Origin: Bdellovibrionota bacterium
GTDB lineage: Bacteria > Bdellovibrionota_C > UBA2361 > JBGSMV01
Length of the DNA stretch: 64,000 nucleotides
Direction of reading: 5' to 3'
NCBI GenBank assembly: GCA_041739995.1
Contig: JBGSMV010000061.1
Span: 32,001-96,000, forward strand
Every line of letters starts with the position of its first letter. Positions within the stretch are counted from its first letter, which is position 1. Shown piece by piece: positions 39,280 to 50,248 of this stretch. The notes beneath the pieces are model-generated. The model saw only the letters and a program-made list of their open reading frames with translations. It ran no database searches and was not told the origin of the DNA. Both the position numbers and the translations under genes were made by a program.

Positions 39280-40812
39280 ATGGGAATCCTCGACAAAGTG
39301 AGCCGCAAACTTCATTTGGAGGGCAGTCTGCAATCTGCTTGGTCTGGAGTTGAAGCGCGCGCTGGCTCAGGAGTTTCGTTTGAGGTGCGTTCGCCAATAG
39401 ACCGTTCGAGTTTGGCGCAAATTAAAGCAGCGACTGATACTGAGTATGAAGCCGTGCTTACGAAAGCGATGGCTGCGTTTGAAATCTGGCGCTTAGTTCC
39501 CGCGCCAGTGCGAGGGCAGGTGGTCAGAGAGATTGCAGACGCTATCCGCGAAAATAAAGCACTTCTTGGAGAACTAGTTTCCATAGAGACCGGGAAAATT
39601 TTATCAGAAGGTGAGGGGGAAGTTCAGGAAGCGATCGATATCGCTGACTTTTCTGTAGGACTTTCGCGACAGCTCTACGGGAAGAGCATGCACTCAGAAC
39701 GTCCCGGACACCGCATGTATGAACAGTGGCATCCGCTCGGAGTGGTGGGGGTAATAACTGCCTTCAATTTCCCGGCAGCAGTGTGGGCATGGAACGCTAT
39801 GCTCGCCGCAGTGTGCGGAGATGTGGTGGTGTGGAAACCGTCCGAGCTTGCACCGCTGACCGCTATTGCGCTTCATCGCATATGCTCAGAAGTGGTCGAA
39901 AAGCACGGGTATCCCCCAATATTTCATCTGCTGATTGGCGAAGGGCCAGCGTTGGGTCAGCGCATCGCTGAGGACTCGCGAGTGTCTCTCGTATCAGCGA
40001 CAGGATCTTGTCGTATGGGCCGTTCTGTGGGCGAAGCGGTGGCGAGGCGCCTGGGTAAAGTACTGCTTGAGCTTGGTGGAAACAACGCAGTCATCGTGCT
40101 CGATGATGCGAATCTTGAGATGGCGGTTCGGTCCACTGTGTTCGGTTCTGTGGGCACGGCAGGACAGAGATGTACCACCTCGCGGCGCCTTTTCGTCGGG
40201 CGGGGAATCGAACAAGCGTTTCTCGCGAAGCTTTCTAAAGCCTACGAGGGAGTGCGTATTGGGAATCCACTTGACCCTGCTACGTTGATGGGTCCGCTCA
40301 TAAATGAGCGAGCGGTGGAAGCGTATCGCTCAGCGATTGAGCGCGCAGTGAAAGAGGGCGGGAAGGTTCTGTGTGGGGGCAAGGTATTGAGCGGGCTACC
40401 TTCGGGATTATATGTACAACCCACCATCATTTATTCAAAGGAACCCTTGCCCGTTTCGAGGGACGAAACCTTCGCGCCAATTTTGTATGTGACCCCCGTC
40501 GCCGATATCGATGAAGCGATTCAGAAGAACAACTCAGTAGCACAGGGGCTTAGCTCAGCAGTTTTCACCGAGAGCCTAAAGTCAGCAGAGCGTTTCCTAA
40601 GCCATGCAGGTAGTGACTGTGGCATTGCCAACGTAAATCTTGGCACCTCTGGTGCTGAGATTGGAGGTGCCTTTGGGGGTGAGAAAGATACTGGCGGGGG
40701 GCGAGAGTCAGGTTCTGACGCTTGGAAGCAATACATGCGTCGCCAAACCAATACTATTAACTTTTCAGAAGCTCTTCCCCTGGCACAGGGCGTTACCTTT
40801 GATGTCTCTTAA
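39280..40812 (+). CDS. Aldehyde dehydrogenase family 7 (piperideine-6-carboxylate/aminoadipate semialdehyde dehydrogenase-like)
   Basis: GEGEVQE, SERPGHRMYEQWHPLG, AFNFP, LELGGNN, GTAGQRCT, GAEIGGAFGGEK.TGGGRESGSD. Confidence 0.92.
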   Translation: MGILDKVSRKLHLEGSLQSAWSGVEARAGSGVSFEVRSPIDRSSLAQIKAATDTEYEAVLTKAMAAFEIWRLVPAPVRGQVVREIADAIRENKALLGELVSIETGKILSEGEGEVQEAIDIADFSVGLSRQLYGKSMHSERPGHRMYEQWHPLGVVGVITAFNFPAAVWAWNAMLAAVCGDVVVWKPSELAPLTAIALHRICSEVVEKHGYPPIFHLLIGEGPALGQRIAEDSRVSLVSATGSCRMGRSVGEAVARRLGKVLLELGGNNAVIVLDDANLEMAVRSTVFGSVGTAGQRCTTSRRLFVGRGIEQAFLAKLSKAYEGVRIGNPLDPATLMGPLINERAVEAYRSAIERAVKEGGKVLCGGKVLSGLPSGLYVQPTIIYSKEPLPVSRDETFAPILYVTPVADIDEAIQKNNSVAQGLSSAVFTESLKSAERFLSHAGSDCGIANVNLGTSGAEIGGAFGGEKDTGGGRESGSDAWKQYMRRQTNTINFSEALPLAQGVTFDVS

Positions 40813-40910
40813 ATCCACCTTTTGAAGGGTTCATGGCTTGTTTATGGTGGCATATGAGCTCTGCGGTGGCGTGACTTTTGAGGCGGGACGATTATACTTG
40901 CCGCGATTCC

Positions 40911-40994
40911 GCCCTGGTGCTGGAATTGGTAGACAGGCATGATTCAGGGTCATGTATTCGCAAGAGTGTGGGAGTTCAAGTCTCCCCCAGGGCA
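40911..40994 (+). tRNA. tRNA-Leu (CAG)
   Basis: GCCCTGG/CCAGGGC acceptor stem, CATGA-TT-CAG-GG-TCATG anticodon arm, long variable arm, GTTCAAGTC T-loop; CCA not encoded; GTGACT-16-TATACT promoter-like element upstream. Confidence 0.95.
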
Positions 40995-41064
40995 TACTGC
41001 AGAACTCAGGGTTTTCGATTACCGAGAGAAATCGTTTTAGAGCGTTTTTGAAGGAGCTGATTTT

Positions 41065-41220
41065 ATGGCACGAGTGTTGATAGTGGTTCTCCTTGCATTG
41101 TCCATAACTGCTTGCCAGCGCATTCAAAGACCCTTCGCTGGAGAAAACAAAGCTCCGAGCGACACTCCCCAATACTCGGTAAAGGCGAATCCGAACGGTG
41201 GCGTGAAGGAAGTTAAGTAA
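41065..41220 (+). CDS. Small lipoprotein, 51 aa (not in the ORF track)
   Basis: AAGGAG SD; own translation MARVLIVVLLALSITACQRIQRPFAGENKAPSDTPQYSVKANPNGGVKEVK with lipobox ITAC. Confidence 0.7.
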   Translation: MARVLIVVLLALSITACQRIQRPFAGENKAPSDTPQYSVKANPNGGVKEVK

Positions 41221-41463
41221 CCGTGCTCCCACATGCTTTTCCCTGCGACCCAGAGTGGTTTCGCATGCGGTCCTGGCGACTCCGGGCGAGACACGGTCTC
41301 GATTAAATTTATTGCAATTTTCCCCAGTTACTTCAGAACCTTGAATAGGTAGCTATCTTTGCACTCGAGCTTTGCCGCGGAGATTTCATTCTGATATAGA
41401 AGCTTTCCGGCATGCGCTGCATTTAGGTGTGGTGTTGATGTCACGGATTTTTCGGAGAAACGC

Positions 41464-42540
41464 ATGAATGTATTTTCCTGGATTGTGAAGCGCGAACACG
41501 AACAAGTGGTTTTTTTCCACTACCCAGAGGCTGGGCTTAAAGCAGTAGTAGCGATTCACAACACGGTACTGGGACCAGCTTTGGGTGGATGTCGCATGCG
41601 CCCCTACGAGGACGAGAATCGCGCGATTGATGATGCGCTCCGATTGTCTGAAGGCATGACGTACAAGAGCTCCATCGCAGGACTCGACCTTGGTGGCGGA
41701 AAATCTGTAATTATTGCGGATCCGAACATCGCTGGTGAAGAGCGAACCAAGCTCTTTCGCCAATTCGCGCATTGCTTGAACGCTCTTGGCGGTCGCTACA
41801 TTACCGCAGAAGACATGGGCACCAGCGTTGCTGATGTCATGACCATGCGTGAAGAGACAAAGTTCGCTGCGGGCTTCGAACAAGAGAAGGGCGGTAGCGG
41901 AGATCCCTCACCGTGGACTGCTCGCGGTGTTTTCGGTGGCATTCTTGCGGCTTGCGAAAAGACTTACGGGTCCCGCGATCTAAAAGGCAAGAAAGTGGCG
42001 CTTCAAGGAGTTGGTCATGTAGGTATGTATCTACTGGAGCAGCTTCGGGAAGCTGGTGCTGAGGTTACCGTGAGCGATACGGTGAATGCTCTCGTTGAAA
42101 GAGCAACCAGTCGCTTCGGAGCGAAGGCAGTTGATATCGAAGAGATCTATGACGTGGACGCTGACATCTATGCTCCTTGCGCAGCGGGGCAGACGGTAGA
42201 TGCGGATACTTTAAAGCGTCTCAAGTGCAAAATTATCGCAGGCGCAGCCAACAACCAGTTGGTCGACTCCTCTGTGTACGAGCAGATCGTTACCCGCGGC
42301 ATGGTGTATTGCCCAGACTTTGTCATTAACGCCGGCGGAGTCATTTCGGTTGGCGCTGAGTACATTCACGGCGGGTGGAACCTCCCTTGGGTCGAAAAGA
42401 AGGTCGACAATATTGGCTCGACAGTGATGCGAGTCTTGGTTGAGTCCGAGAAGCGCTCGAAGTTCCCCGAAGTGGTGGCACTTGAGCTTGCTCGTGAGAG
42501 GGTGCAGGCAGCGAGAGAGAAGGCCGCCAGTAAAAAGTAA
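41464..42540 (+). CDS. Leucine (Glu/Leu/Phe/Val) dehydrogenase
   Basis: LGPALGGCR, LSEGMTYK, GGGKSVI, YITAEDMG, GDPSPWTARG, QGVGHVG, GAANNQL, PDFVINAGG. Confidence 0.93.
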   Translation: MNVFSWIVKREHEQVVFFHYPEAGLKAVVAIHNTVLGPALGGCRMRPYEDENRAIDDALRLSEGMTYKSSIAGLDLGGGKSVIIADPNIAGEERTKLFRQFAHCLNALGGRYITAEDMGTSVADVMTMREETKFAAGFEQEKGGSGDPSPWTARGVFGGILAACEKTYGSRDLKGKKVALQGVGHVGMYLLEQLREAGAEVTVSDTVNALVERATSRFGAKAVDIEEIYDVDADIYAPCAAGQTVDADTLKRLKCKIIAGAANNQLVDSSVYEQIVTRGMVYCPDFVINAGGVISVGAEYIHGGWNLPWVEKKVDNIGSTVMRVLVESEKRSKFPEVVALELARERVQAAREKAASKK

Positions 42541-42705
42541 GCGTATCTGGCGCCTTTGCAAGCGTCTACTAGGGGAAATCTGAAAGACTCAATCTTAGTG
42601 GTCTTAGTGGTGCAAGCAAACTCTAGAAATCTGCCTAGATTTGGTTAACCCACGAAGACCACAAAGCTCAGGAAGATAGAGACACGGTGTTTTTGAGTTC
42701 ACTAG

Positions 42706-44994
42706 ATGGTCCTTTGGCCCGCCGTGCCAGTCCGACCAGAACGCGCTACAATCTGTGCGGTGACGACGAAAACACCTTCAGAACAAACGGCAGATCGTGC
42801 TGCAGATAGTTCCACGACCACTCAACCCCCGGCATCGCTCGGTGGCGGTGCGCTGAGCCTACCCAATGAAACTGGAGGCAGTGAGGCTGGAGGCAATGTG
42901 ACTGCAGGCAATGAGACTGCCGTTAATAAGTCTGTCGCCAACGATCAAGTGAATCACGGAGCGGCGCCTCGCCCTTCAAAGCGTCCGAAAGTTACCCTCG
43001 AAAATGCTCCCCTTAGACTTGAGTCGTCATTTGAGCCACGCGGCGACCAGCCCGGGGCTATCGTTGCTCTGGAAAGGAATCTCAAAGCAGGAGTTCGTTA
43101 TCAGACCTTGCTTGGTGTTACGGGTTCAGGAAAGACATTCACCATTGCAAATGTCCTGCAAGGGTTGCAACGGCCAGCACTTGTCATAGCGCCCAACAAG
43201 ACGCTCGCGGCTCAGCTCTACTCCGAGTTTCGCGAATTCTTTCCGCATAATCGGGTGCGGTATTTTGTAAGTTACTACGACTACTACCAACCGGAAGCCT
43301 ATGTGCCTTCGACCGATACGTTTATCGAAAAAGATGCCGCGATAAACGACGAGATTGATAAGATGCGGCACTCGGCAACCAAGGCCCTCTTAGAAGGTCG
43401 TGACGCGATTGTAGTGGCTAGTGTGAGTTGCATTTATGGCCTCGGTGCGCCTGAAGAATATTTTAACATGATGCTATTCGCCGAGCTTGGCGAAGTGTTT
43501 CCCCGTGAAGATATCGTCCGCAAGCTCGTGACCATGCAGTACCGTCGTGCCGATATTGAATTTGCGCGAGGGACGTTTAGGGTGCGTGGTGATGTTGTCG
43601 ACATCTTCCCTTCTGATAACGATGAGCGAGCGATACGCATATCAATCTTCGGTGATGAGATTGAAGAGATGCGAGAAATTGACGGGCTTACTGGCCAAAC
43701 CATACGAAAGATTTTGTCATGTGCAATTTACCCCGTGAGTCACTACGTGACCGCCAGGGAGAACGTGCAGCGCGCAATAAAGACCATCGGCGCAGAGTTG
43801 GAAGATCGGCTGAAAAGTCTCGAGGTCGATGGCAAATTACCCGAGGCGCAGCGACTTGAGCAGCGTACTCGCTATGATCTTGAGCTGCTTTCTGAAATTG
43901 GTTTTTGTCCAGGAATTGAGAACTATTCTCGTCATATTGCCGGACGCAATACGGGAGAACCACCTGCCACATTATTGGACTATTTTCCTGACGACTTCTT
44001 GCTGATCGTTGATGAGAGTCATGTGACCGTTTCTCAAATTGGAGGAATGTACCGAGGCGATCAGGCCAGAAAAACCAATCTGGTAGAATACGGATTTCGA
44101 TTGCCTTCCGCGCTGGACAATCGCCCGCTCAATCACGACGAGTTTTGGTCAAAAGTTGGACAGACTATCTTTGTATCGGCGACGCCCGCGGCTTATGAGA
44201 TTGAGCTAAGCGCAGGCTTTGTGGTGCAGCAGGTGAATCGGCCGACAGGGCTGCTTGACCCTCCAGTCACGGTTCGACCCGCGGTCAATCAAGTAGATGA
44301 CTTATTGGCCGAGATAAAAATCACCTTGGAGCAAGGTGATCGCGTGTTGGTGACTGCCCTTACCAAAAAAATGGCTGAGAACTTATCGACCTATTTGCAG
44401 GAGGTCGGCATCAAGAGCCGCTACCTGCACTCGGACATTAATGCGTTAGAACGCGTCGAGATTCTTAGAGGCTTGAGACGTGGGGACTTCGACGTTTTGG
44501 TGGGCATTAACCTGCTTCGCGAAGGATTGGATTTGGTGGAAGTGGCTTTGGTGGCGATACTTGACGCTGACAAAGAGGGGTTCCTACGTTCCACGCGCTC
44601 ACTGATTCAGACTATGGGGCGCGCGGCGCGTAACATTCGGGGTCGGGTTATTCTGTATGCTGACCGAATGACCGATTCTATGAAGGGTGCTATTGAGGAG
44701 ACGGAGCGCAGACGTAAGATACAAGCAGCCTTTAATGAGCAGCATCGCATTGTGCCTCAGAGTGCGCGTTCGAGTCCCTTGTTTCTCTTGCCGGATTCAG
44801 CCGAAGAGGCTTCGAGTTCTATTCTGATTGACGGAGCTCAGATTGTAATTCCAACTGATGAGGCTCAACAAAAGGTGCTCATCGATGGGCTGACGAGGCA
44901 GATGTTTGATGCCGCCGGGAAACGAGAGTTTGAACGGGCTGCGGAATTGCGCGATGCCTTGAAGCGCATTCAAGAAAGCTTATTGGTAGCGTGA
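42706..44994 (+). CDS. uvrB: Excinuclease ABC subunit B
   Basis: [44 protein letters not shown]; low-complexity N-terminal extension, start uncertain. Confidence 0.97.
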   Translation: MVLWPAVPVRPERATICAVTTKTPSEQTADRAADSSTTTQPPASLGGGALSLPNETGGSEAGGNVTAGNETAVNKSVANDQVNHGAAPRPSKRPKVTLENAPLRLESSFEPRGDQPGAIVALERNLKAGVRYQTLLGVTGSGKTFTIANVLQGLQRPALVIAPNKTLAAQLYSEFREFFPHNRVRYFVSYYDYYQPEAYVPSTDTFIEKDAAINDEIDKMRHSATKALLEGRDAIVVASVSCIYGLGAPEEYFNMMLFAELGEVFPREDIVRKLVTMQYRRADIEFARGTFRVRGDVVDIFPSDNDERAIRISIFGDEIEEMREIDGLTGQTIRKILSCAIYPVSHYVTARENVQRAIKTIGAELEDRLKSLEVDGKLPEAQRLEQRTRYDLELLSEIGFCPGIENYSRHIAGRNTGEPPATLLDYFPDDFLLIVDESHVTVSQIGGMYRGDQARKTNLVEYGFRLPSALDNRPLNHDEFWSKVGQTIFVSATPAAYEIELSAGFVVQQVNRPTGLLDPPVTVRPAVNQVDDLLAEIKITLEQGDRVLVTALTKKMAENLSTYLQEVGIKSRYLHSDINALERVEILRGLRRGDFDVLVGINLLREGLDLVEVALVAILDADKEGFLRSTRSLIQTMGRAARNIRGRVILYADRMTDSMKGAIEETERRRKIQAAFNEQHRIVPQSARSSPLFLLPDSAEEASSSILIDGAQIVIPTDEAQQKVLIDGLTRQMFDAAGKREFERAAELRDALKRIQESLLVA

Positions 44995-45020
44995 CCAGCT
45001 GAAGAAGAGAGAAATCTACG

Positions 45021-46916
45021 ATGACCGAAGAATCCACACCGGTTGGAATAGTACTTCAAGAAGGCGGTGAGCCTCCGCAGGACTTGGAGAAGCGACTTCG
45101 AACTATTCCGGGGATGCCGGGAGTGTACCTAATGAAGGATGCAGGCGGTTCGGTCATTTATGTCGGTAAAGCAAAGAACCTTCGCAATAGAGTAACCACA
45201 TACTTTCGCGGAGGTGACGGGCGCTTGCAGATAGGGCAGTTGCTCGCTCGAATTCGATCGATCGATACGGTAGTGACTGGCACCGAGTACCAAGCGCTTG
45301 CGTTAGAGCGCGAGCTTATTGGTAAGCATAAGCCGCGCTATAATATTCGCCTTAAAGACGACAAAGCTTACTTGAGTATACGAATTGATCCGCAGGCGCC
45401 CTGGCCACGCATCGAGCTCGTTCGGCGTATCGAGCATGACGGAGCAAAGTACTTTGGTCCCTACAGTTTCGGACATGAGCTTAGGACCATGCTTGAGATA
45501 ATTAAGCGCGTGGTCCCGCTTCGAACTTGCACTGACACTGTTTTTTATAATCGGCAGCGCCCTTGCTTGGAGTATCAGATTCACCGCTGTGCGGGCCCGT
45601 GCTGTATTCAGATTGACCGCGATCAGTATGGGAAGTGGGTCAAGGATGCAATTGCGATTCTTGAGGGGAAGACCGAGTGGCTTCAGAAAGATCTTGCCCG
45701 TCAAATGAATGAGGCTTCAGACGAGATGAGGTTTGAGGCAGCAGCGGCGCTTCGCGATCGTTTGCAAACTCTAGAGAATCTCCGCGAAGGTCAGGCCTTT
45801 ACGTCATTTGGAGGAGAGGATCGTGATGTGTTTGGTCTTTATAGAGAGGAGCAGCTTGCGGCGTTGAGTGTGGTGAGGGTGCGTGCCGGGCGCCTTGTAG
45901 AGACGCTTCACTATTCGTTTTCTGATGTGGCCATTAATGACGAAGATATAGTGGAAGGCGCGGTTGAGCAGTTTTACCGCAATGGGAGAGAGGTTCCTGA
46001 GGAAATTGTAGTGGCTCAGCTTCCGGCGGAGCCAGAGACTCTTGAGGCAGTACTTGCGGAGAGAAGGGGTAGGAAAGTGTCATTGGTGGTGCCTTCGAGA
46101 GGGGTGAAGCACCGGGTGTTAGAACTCGCTCAGCTTAATGCGCGCCAACATTATGTGACATCATTTGAGGCTGATCGACGAGGGGTAGAACTCAGCAAGG
46201 AATTGGCGCGGACTTTGGGGTTAAAGCAGGTTCCAAGAAGAATAGAATGTGTAGATATTTCAAATCTGCAGGGTTCTGACATTGTTGGGGCAGTGGTGGT
46301 TTTCTTTGATGGGCTACCTGACAAGAGTTCTTACAAGCGTTATCGAATTCCGCTGCAGAAGAAGCCAGACGATTTTGCCGCAATCTATGAAGTCGTGTCT
46401 CGCCGACTTGCGCGAGGAATCAACGAGGAGAATCTTCCCGATCTTTTGATAATAGACGGCGGAGCGCAACAGCTTGCGCGGGCGATTCAAGCGCGCGATG
46501 AGCTTAAGTTAGAGCTGGAAATTATCTCGCTCGCAAAGATTAAGGCCGAGCGCACGGGACGTGGACAGCCTCGGGCGCTTTCGGGTCTGGTTCGCAAGAA
46601 ACCTGAAAGGGTATTTCGAGAGGGAGCGGCTGAGCCGATTGCTTTAGATGGAAGTTCTCCCACTACGCATTTTATTCAGCGCATTCGAGATGAAGTGCAT
46701 CGCTTTGTCTTGTCGTTTCATAGGCAGAGCAGGGCGAAGCGCGTGATGGCTTCGGCACTCGATGAGGTTCCTGGGCTTGGTATGGAGAGAAAACGGCGAT
46801 TGTTAAAAGTGTTTGGCTCGGTGCGTGACCTGAAGGGTGTTGCTCCTGAGGACATCGCTGCTCGCGCGAAGATTCCTCTTCCCGTAGCCAAGGCGCTAGT
46901 GAGTGCGCTGAAGTAG
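45021..46916 (+). CDS. uvrC: Excinuclease ABC subunit C
   Basis: PGVYLM..IYVGKAKNLRNRV, Cys cluster, RIECVDISN, LIIDGG, RDEVHRF, HhH. Confidence 0.97.
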   Translation: MTEESTPVGIVLQEGGEPPQDLEKRLRTIPGMPGVYLMKDAGGSVIYVGKAKNLRNRVTTYFRGGDGRLQIGQLLARIRSIDTVVTGTEYQALALERELIGKHKPRYNIRLKDDKAYLSIRIDPQAPWPRIELVRRIEHDGAKYFGPYSFGHELRTMLEIIKRVVPLRTCTDTVFYNRQRPCLEYQIHRCAGPCCIQIDRDQYGKWVKDAIAILEGKTEWLQKDLARQMNEASDEMRFEAAAALRDRLQTLENLREGQAFTSFGGEDRDVFGLYREEQLAALSVVRVRAGRLVETLHYSFSDVAINDEDIVEGAVEQFYRNGREVPEEIVVAQLPAEPETLEAVLAERRGRKVSLVVPSRGVKHRVLELAQLNARQHYVTSFEADRRGVELSKELARTLGLKQVPRRIECVDISNLQGSDIVGAVVVFFDGLPDKSSYKRYRIPLQKKPDDFAAIYEVVSRRLARGINEENLPDLLIIDGGAQQLARAIQARDELKLELEIISLAKIKAERTGRGQPRALSGLVRKKPERVFREGAAEPIALDGSSPTTHFIQRIRDEVHRFVLSFHRQSRAKRVMASALDEVPGLGMERKRRLLKVFGSVRDLKGVAPEDIAARAKIPLPVAKALVSALK

Positions 46917-46925
46917 TGTTTGCGA

Positions 46926-47696
46926 TTATGGTCGGGTGCTCAGGTGCTGTTTGACCATGGCGAAGTCTCTCCTGTTCACAGTTCCTGGGGGGCCCCATCT
47001 CGATTCAGCGATAATGTTCATTGCGTTGAAGTAACGTTCTCGAGCATCGGGATGCGACGACGGGGCGGTGGAATCTGATTTTGGCGCGAGAAAATGATGT
47101 CTAAGATCGGTAATCTGGAGTGCTCCCAGAGAGGCGCGTGGATCATAGCCTGCGGCGGCGACAACACCTACCGCGAAGTCATCGGCTTCTTGTTCTAAGG
47201 CCATTTGACGTGAAGGGCGAGTGCCGGCGTCTTGGAGCTCCGCATGGTGATGAAGTTCTAAGTGGGCCAGTTCGTGGGCAACGACAAAGGCCAGCTCCGC
47301 TTCGTTATGAAGGGAGAGGAGTAATCCGTCAGAGATAATGAGCGTTTGGTTTGGGAGTGCCAGCGCAATAGGTCTACGGTCTTTCACCAAGAGAATCTTT
47401 TTCACGATGGTCGGATTCTTCTGGGGGTGGGGCAAGGAGCTCACGACTGGACGATCGGAGAGTCGAGATACAATCCCTAGGAGATATCTTTGAACCAGAG
47501 CGTCGTTTATGGGGGTGAATTGCTGCTCCAGGGCTGCGCTTGCGAGTGGGGATGGCGGTGTAGGACTGCTGCAGCTTGAAGTGCCTAGAATGAGGCAGGC
47601 TGAAAGCAGACACCTCAGGAGAGTGTTGTTACTAAGGGCTTGGGCTGCCTTTGCCTTGCCGCGCTGTGTTCTGCCGCGCTGTGCCGTGTCGCTCAT
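46926..47696 (-). CDS. M48 family metallopeptidase, probable lipoprotein
   Basis: ELAFVVAHELAH, EQEAD, GYDP, SHP; signal ending TSSC. Confidence 0.85.
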   Translation of the reverse strand: MSDTAQRGRTQRGKAKAAQALSNNTLLRCLLSACLILGTSSCSSPTPPSPLASAALEQQFTPINDALVQRYLLGIVSRLSDRPVVSSLPHPQKNPTIVKKILLVKDRRPIALALPNQTLIISDGLLLSLHNEAELAFVVAHELAHLELHHHAELQDAGTRPSRQMALEQEADDFAVGVVAAAGYDPRASLGALQITDLRHHFLAPKSDSTAPSSHPDARERYFNAMNIIAESRWGPPGTVNRRDFAMVKQHLSTRP

Positions 47697-47702
47697 TGGC
47701 GC

Positions 47703-48866
47703 TTACACCCGTTCGATTATGGTGGTGATGCCCATGCCAAGACCGATGCACATGGTGATGGCAGCGTATTTTCCGTTCATGCGTTCTAGTTCGTCGAGGG
47801 CTGTGCCGATTAGCATCGCTCCGGTGGCGCCCAGGGGGTGGCCTAGTGAAATGCCTCCGCCGTTTACATTTACACGGGCAGGGTCGAGGCCAAGTTCTCG
47901 CATAGTCACTAAGGGGACTGGGGCGAAGGCTTCGTTGATTTCCCAAAGGTCTATGTCTTGTACTTTGAGCCCTGCTTTTTTGAGAGCAATGGAGCTAGCG
48001 GCGATTGGTCCGGTCAGCATTATTCGAGGGGGCGACCCGATGCTTGCGGTTGCAAGAACTCGTGCGCGTGGGGTGAGTTTAAAGGATTTAACTGCCTCTT
48101 CGCTGGCGAGAAGCAGGGCGGCTGCGCCGTCGACGATGGCAGAAGCGTTGCCCGCGGTGACGCTACCGTTTTCTTTGAAGACGGTTTTTAGTTTGGAGAG
48201 TCCTTCCTTTGTAGTTTCTGGCCTGGGAGTATCGTCGAGGGAGAGTTCGCCCTGAGAGCCGTCTTCGAGGCGATAGGGGACAGAGACGAGGCTCTTGGCG
48301 AAGCGGCCTTCTTTCAGTGCTGCGACGGCTTTTTGTTGAGACATGAGTGCGTATTCGTCCGCTTCTTCCCGAGAGACGGAGAAGGTTTCGCACAATATTT
48401 CTGCAGCGAGTCCTTGTTGAACAAGGTCGGGGTAGCGTTCGGTGAGCATGGGACTTGTTTCGCCGCCGATGTCGCTGAACATGGGGCAGCGTGTCATGTG
48501 TTCGAGGCCGCCGCTGACTACTAGGTTAGTCTGTCCGGACATGATGGATTGAGCGGCGAAGTTGGTGGCTTGTTGGCCGCTACCGCACAGGCGGTTAATG
48601 GTGGTGGCGGGTACGGTGATTGGCCATCCTGCGGCAAGGACTGCGGAGCGAGCGATGCACCAGCCTTGTTCTCCAGTCTGTGTGACGCAGCCGATTTCGA
48701 CGTCTTCAACGTGTTCTGGGGAGACTTTATTTCGTTGGGTCAATGCGTTGAGCGGGTAGGTGAGCAAATCTGCCGGATGGATGGTAGAGAACTTCCCCTT
48801 TCTGCGGGCGCGTGGCGTGCGGACAGCGTCGATGATGTAGGCGTGGCGGGACATAACTTGCTCCAA
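47703..48866 (-). CDS. Acetyl-CoA C-acyltransferase (thiolase)
   Basis: NRLCGSG, TAGNAS..DGAA, EINEAFA, NGGGISLGHPLGATG, CIGLGMG. Confidence 0.95.
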   Translation of the reverse strand: MEQVMSRHAYIIDAVRTPRARRKGKFSTIHPADLLTYPLNALTQRNKVSPEHVEDVEIGCVTQTGEQGWCIARSAVLAAGWPITVPATTINRLCGSGQQATNFAAQSIMSGQTNLVVSGGLEHMTRCPMFSDIGGETSPMLTERYPDLVQQGLAAEILCETFSVSREEADEYALMSQQKAVAALKEGRFAKSLVSVPYRLEDGSQGELSLDDTPRPETTKEGLSKLKTVFKENGSVTAGNASAIVDGAAALLLASEEAVKSFKLTPRARVLATASIGSPPRIMLTGPIAASSIALKKAGLKVQDIDLWEINEAFAPVPLVTMRELGLDPARVNVNGGGISLGHPLGATGAMLIGTALDELERMNGKYAAITMCIGLGMGITTIIERV

Positions 48867-48890
48867 ATGCTGAGTGTGTTAGCGACCAAT

Positions 48891-49607
48891 CTAGCGGGCG
48901 ATTAGAACATCAACGCGACGGTTGAGTTGTCTGCCTTCTGGCGTTGAGTTTGTGGCCAGGGGGCGAGTGCTTCCGAATCCTGCAACGCTAATTTGATCCA
49001 TACTGATACCACGAGCGGCCAGGTACGAAGCGACATTCCTGGCGCGGGCCTCAGAGAGTCTCATATTGTAGTCGGGAGTGCCTGCGTCATCTGAATGTCC
49101 TGCCACTTGGAGTTTCGCAGCTGCGGGGCTGGTGCGCAGACTGTCGGCGATTGCCTCGAGGTTAGCGATGGCTCCTGAGCGCATGCTTGTGGCGTCGTCA
49201 TCGAAGAAGACTTGGTAGATGCCGCCGATTGCAGCGCTTGAGTTCGCATTATCGAGGGAAGTTTGCATTTCCCGTAATCGACGATCGCTGTTGTTGGTTT
49301 GAATTCTTAGGGAGGCGAGTTGTTTCTCGAGTCCTGCTTGAGTGCTTTCCGCTTCATCGGCGGCGTAGCCTGCCATCATACCTGAAACTGCTCCGAACCC
49401 AGCACCGATCGCGGCTCCGGGACCGACGTTGTTTACCTGATTTCCCACGACTGCACCTGCACCCGCGCCCCAGCCTGCTCCCAGCACCGTCCCTGCGATG
49501 GTCTTATCGGGAGTAGTGTTTGGGCTTGTGCATGCACACACAGCCATTGCCAATCCGCCTACCGCCACTCTCAACACCAAATCTCTTATTTGCATCTGTC
49601 CCTCCAA
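48891..49607 (-). CDS. OmpA family lipoprotein with glycine zipper
   Basis: VCAC lipobox, GAGWGAGAGAVVG zipper, GHSD, YNMRLSEARA, NRRVD; probable ATG at 49595. Confidence 0.92.
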   Translation of the reverse strand: MEGQMQIRDLVLRVAVGGLAMAVCACTSPNTTPDKTIAGTVLGAGWGAGAGAVVGNQVNNVGPGAAIGAGFGAVSGMMAGYAADEAESTQAGLEKQLASLRIQTNNSDRRLREMQTSLDNANSSAAIGGIYQVFFDDDATSMRSGAIANLEAIADSLRTSPAAAKLQVAGHSDDAGTPDYNMRLSEARARNVASYLAARGISMDQISVAGFGSTRPLATNSTPEGRQLNRRVDVLIAR

Positions 49608-50248
49608 AGGTACCTGCTACCCATATACCCCATCCCATCCCCCCTCGCACAGGTAGCAGCTTCCTCAGCGGACTTATCGTCCGGAGGGCTGATTCGGGGA
49701 CGTTTTGTGGGTACAAAACGGCGTAGACCTAGTGTTTAGGCGACCTCAGCGGGCGTGGAAAGGGGTTCAAAGGGGGGAATCGGGGTCGTTTAGGGACCAC
49801 TTGGTTCCTTGATCGAGGTTTCGCCTAAGCGGCTTCCGAAAGGAATTTACCTGTATCCAAGGGCGAGCAAAGCCATGGAACGTATCTCGTTCCGCAGCAA
49901 TGGTTCCATTGATTTCTCACAGGCAAGTACCAATCTATCGACACGTAGTGGCTAAGCAAACGTGAATTGGGACCATCCATTATGATATCTTTGACACATG
50001 CGGACCGTGAAATAAGAGCAGTGGGAACTCGCCCACCGGAGAGACGACAGGGCGCGGGGTCATCGGTACATTTCATGGCTTGAGACGTATAGTAACGTGC
50101 ACTCGAGAAACGAAGGCCAGAAGTCTCGAGCGGCTTGTCCGCCGTAGCTCGTAAGAGCGGAGGTGGGAACGGCGCGAACTTCAGTGTGAGGGCTGAAGAC
50201 GATAAACCTCATACAAAAGTGATAAGTCGCCGCGTGCGCAGAAGTAGT

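Noticed and set aside
40831..41232. 133 aa minus-strand ORF
   Set aside because: Antisense to tRNA-Leu and the small lipoprotein gene
47509..48255. 248 aa plus-strand ORF
   Set aside because: Antisense shadow of the thiolase and M48 genes; the same applies to the many other short ORFs nested in confident genes
49826..49915. c-di-GMP-I riboswitch-like pieces (TTCC-GAAA-GGAA, GCAAAGCC)
   Set aside because: Lacks the GGCAAAC lead-in and the GACGCAAA junction spacing; the receptor stem is not evident
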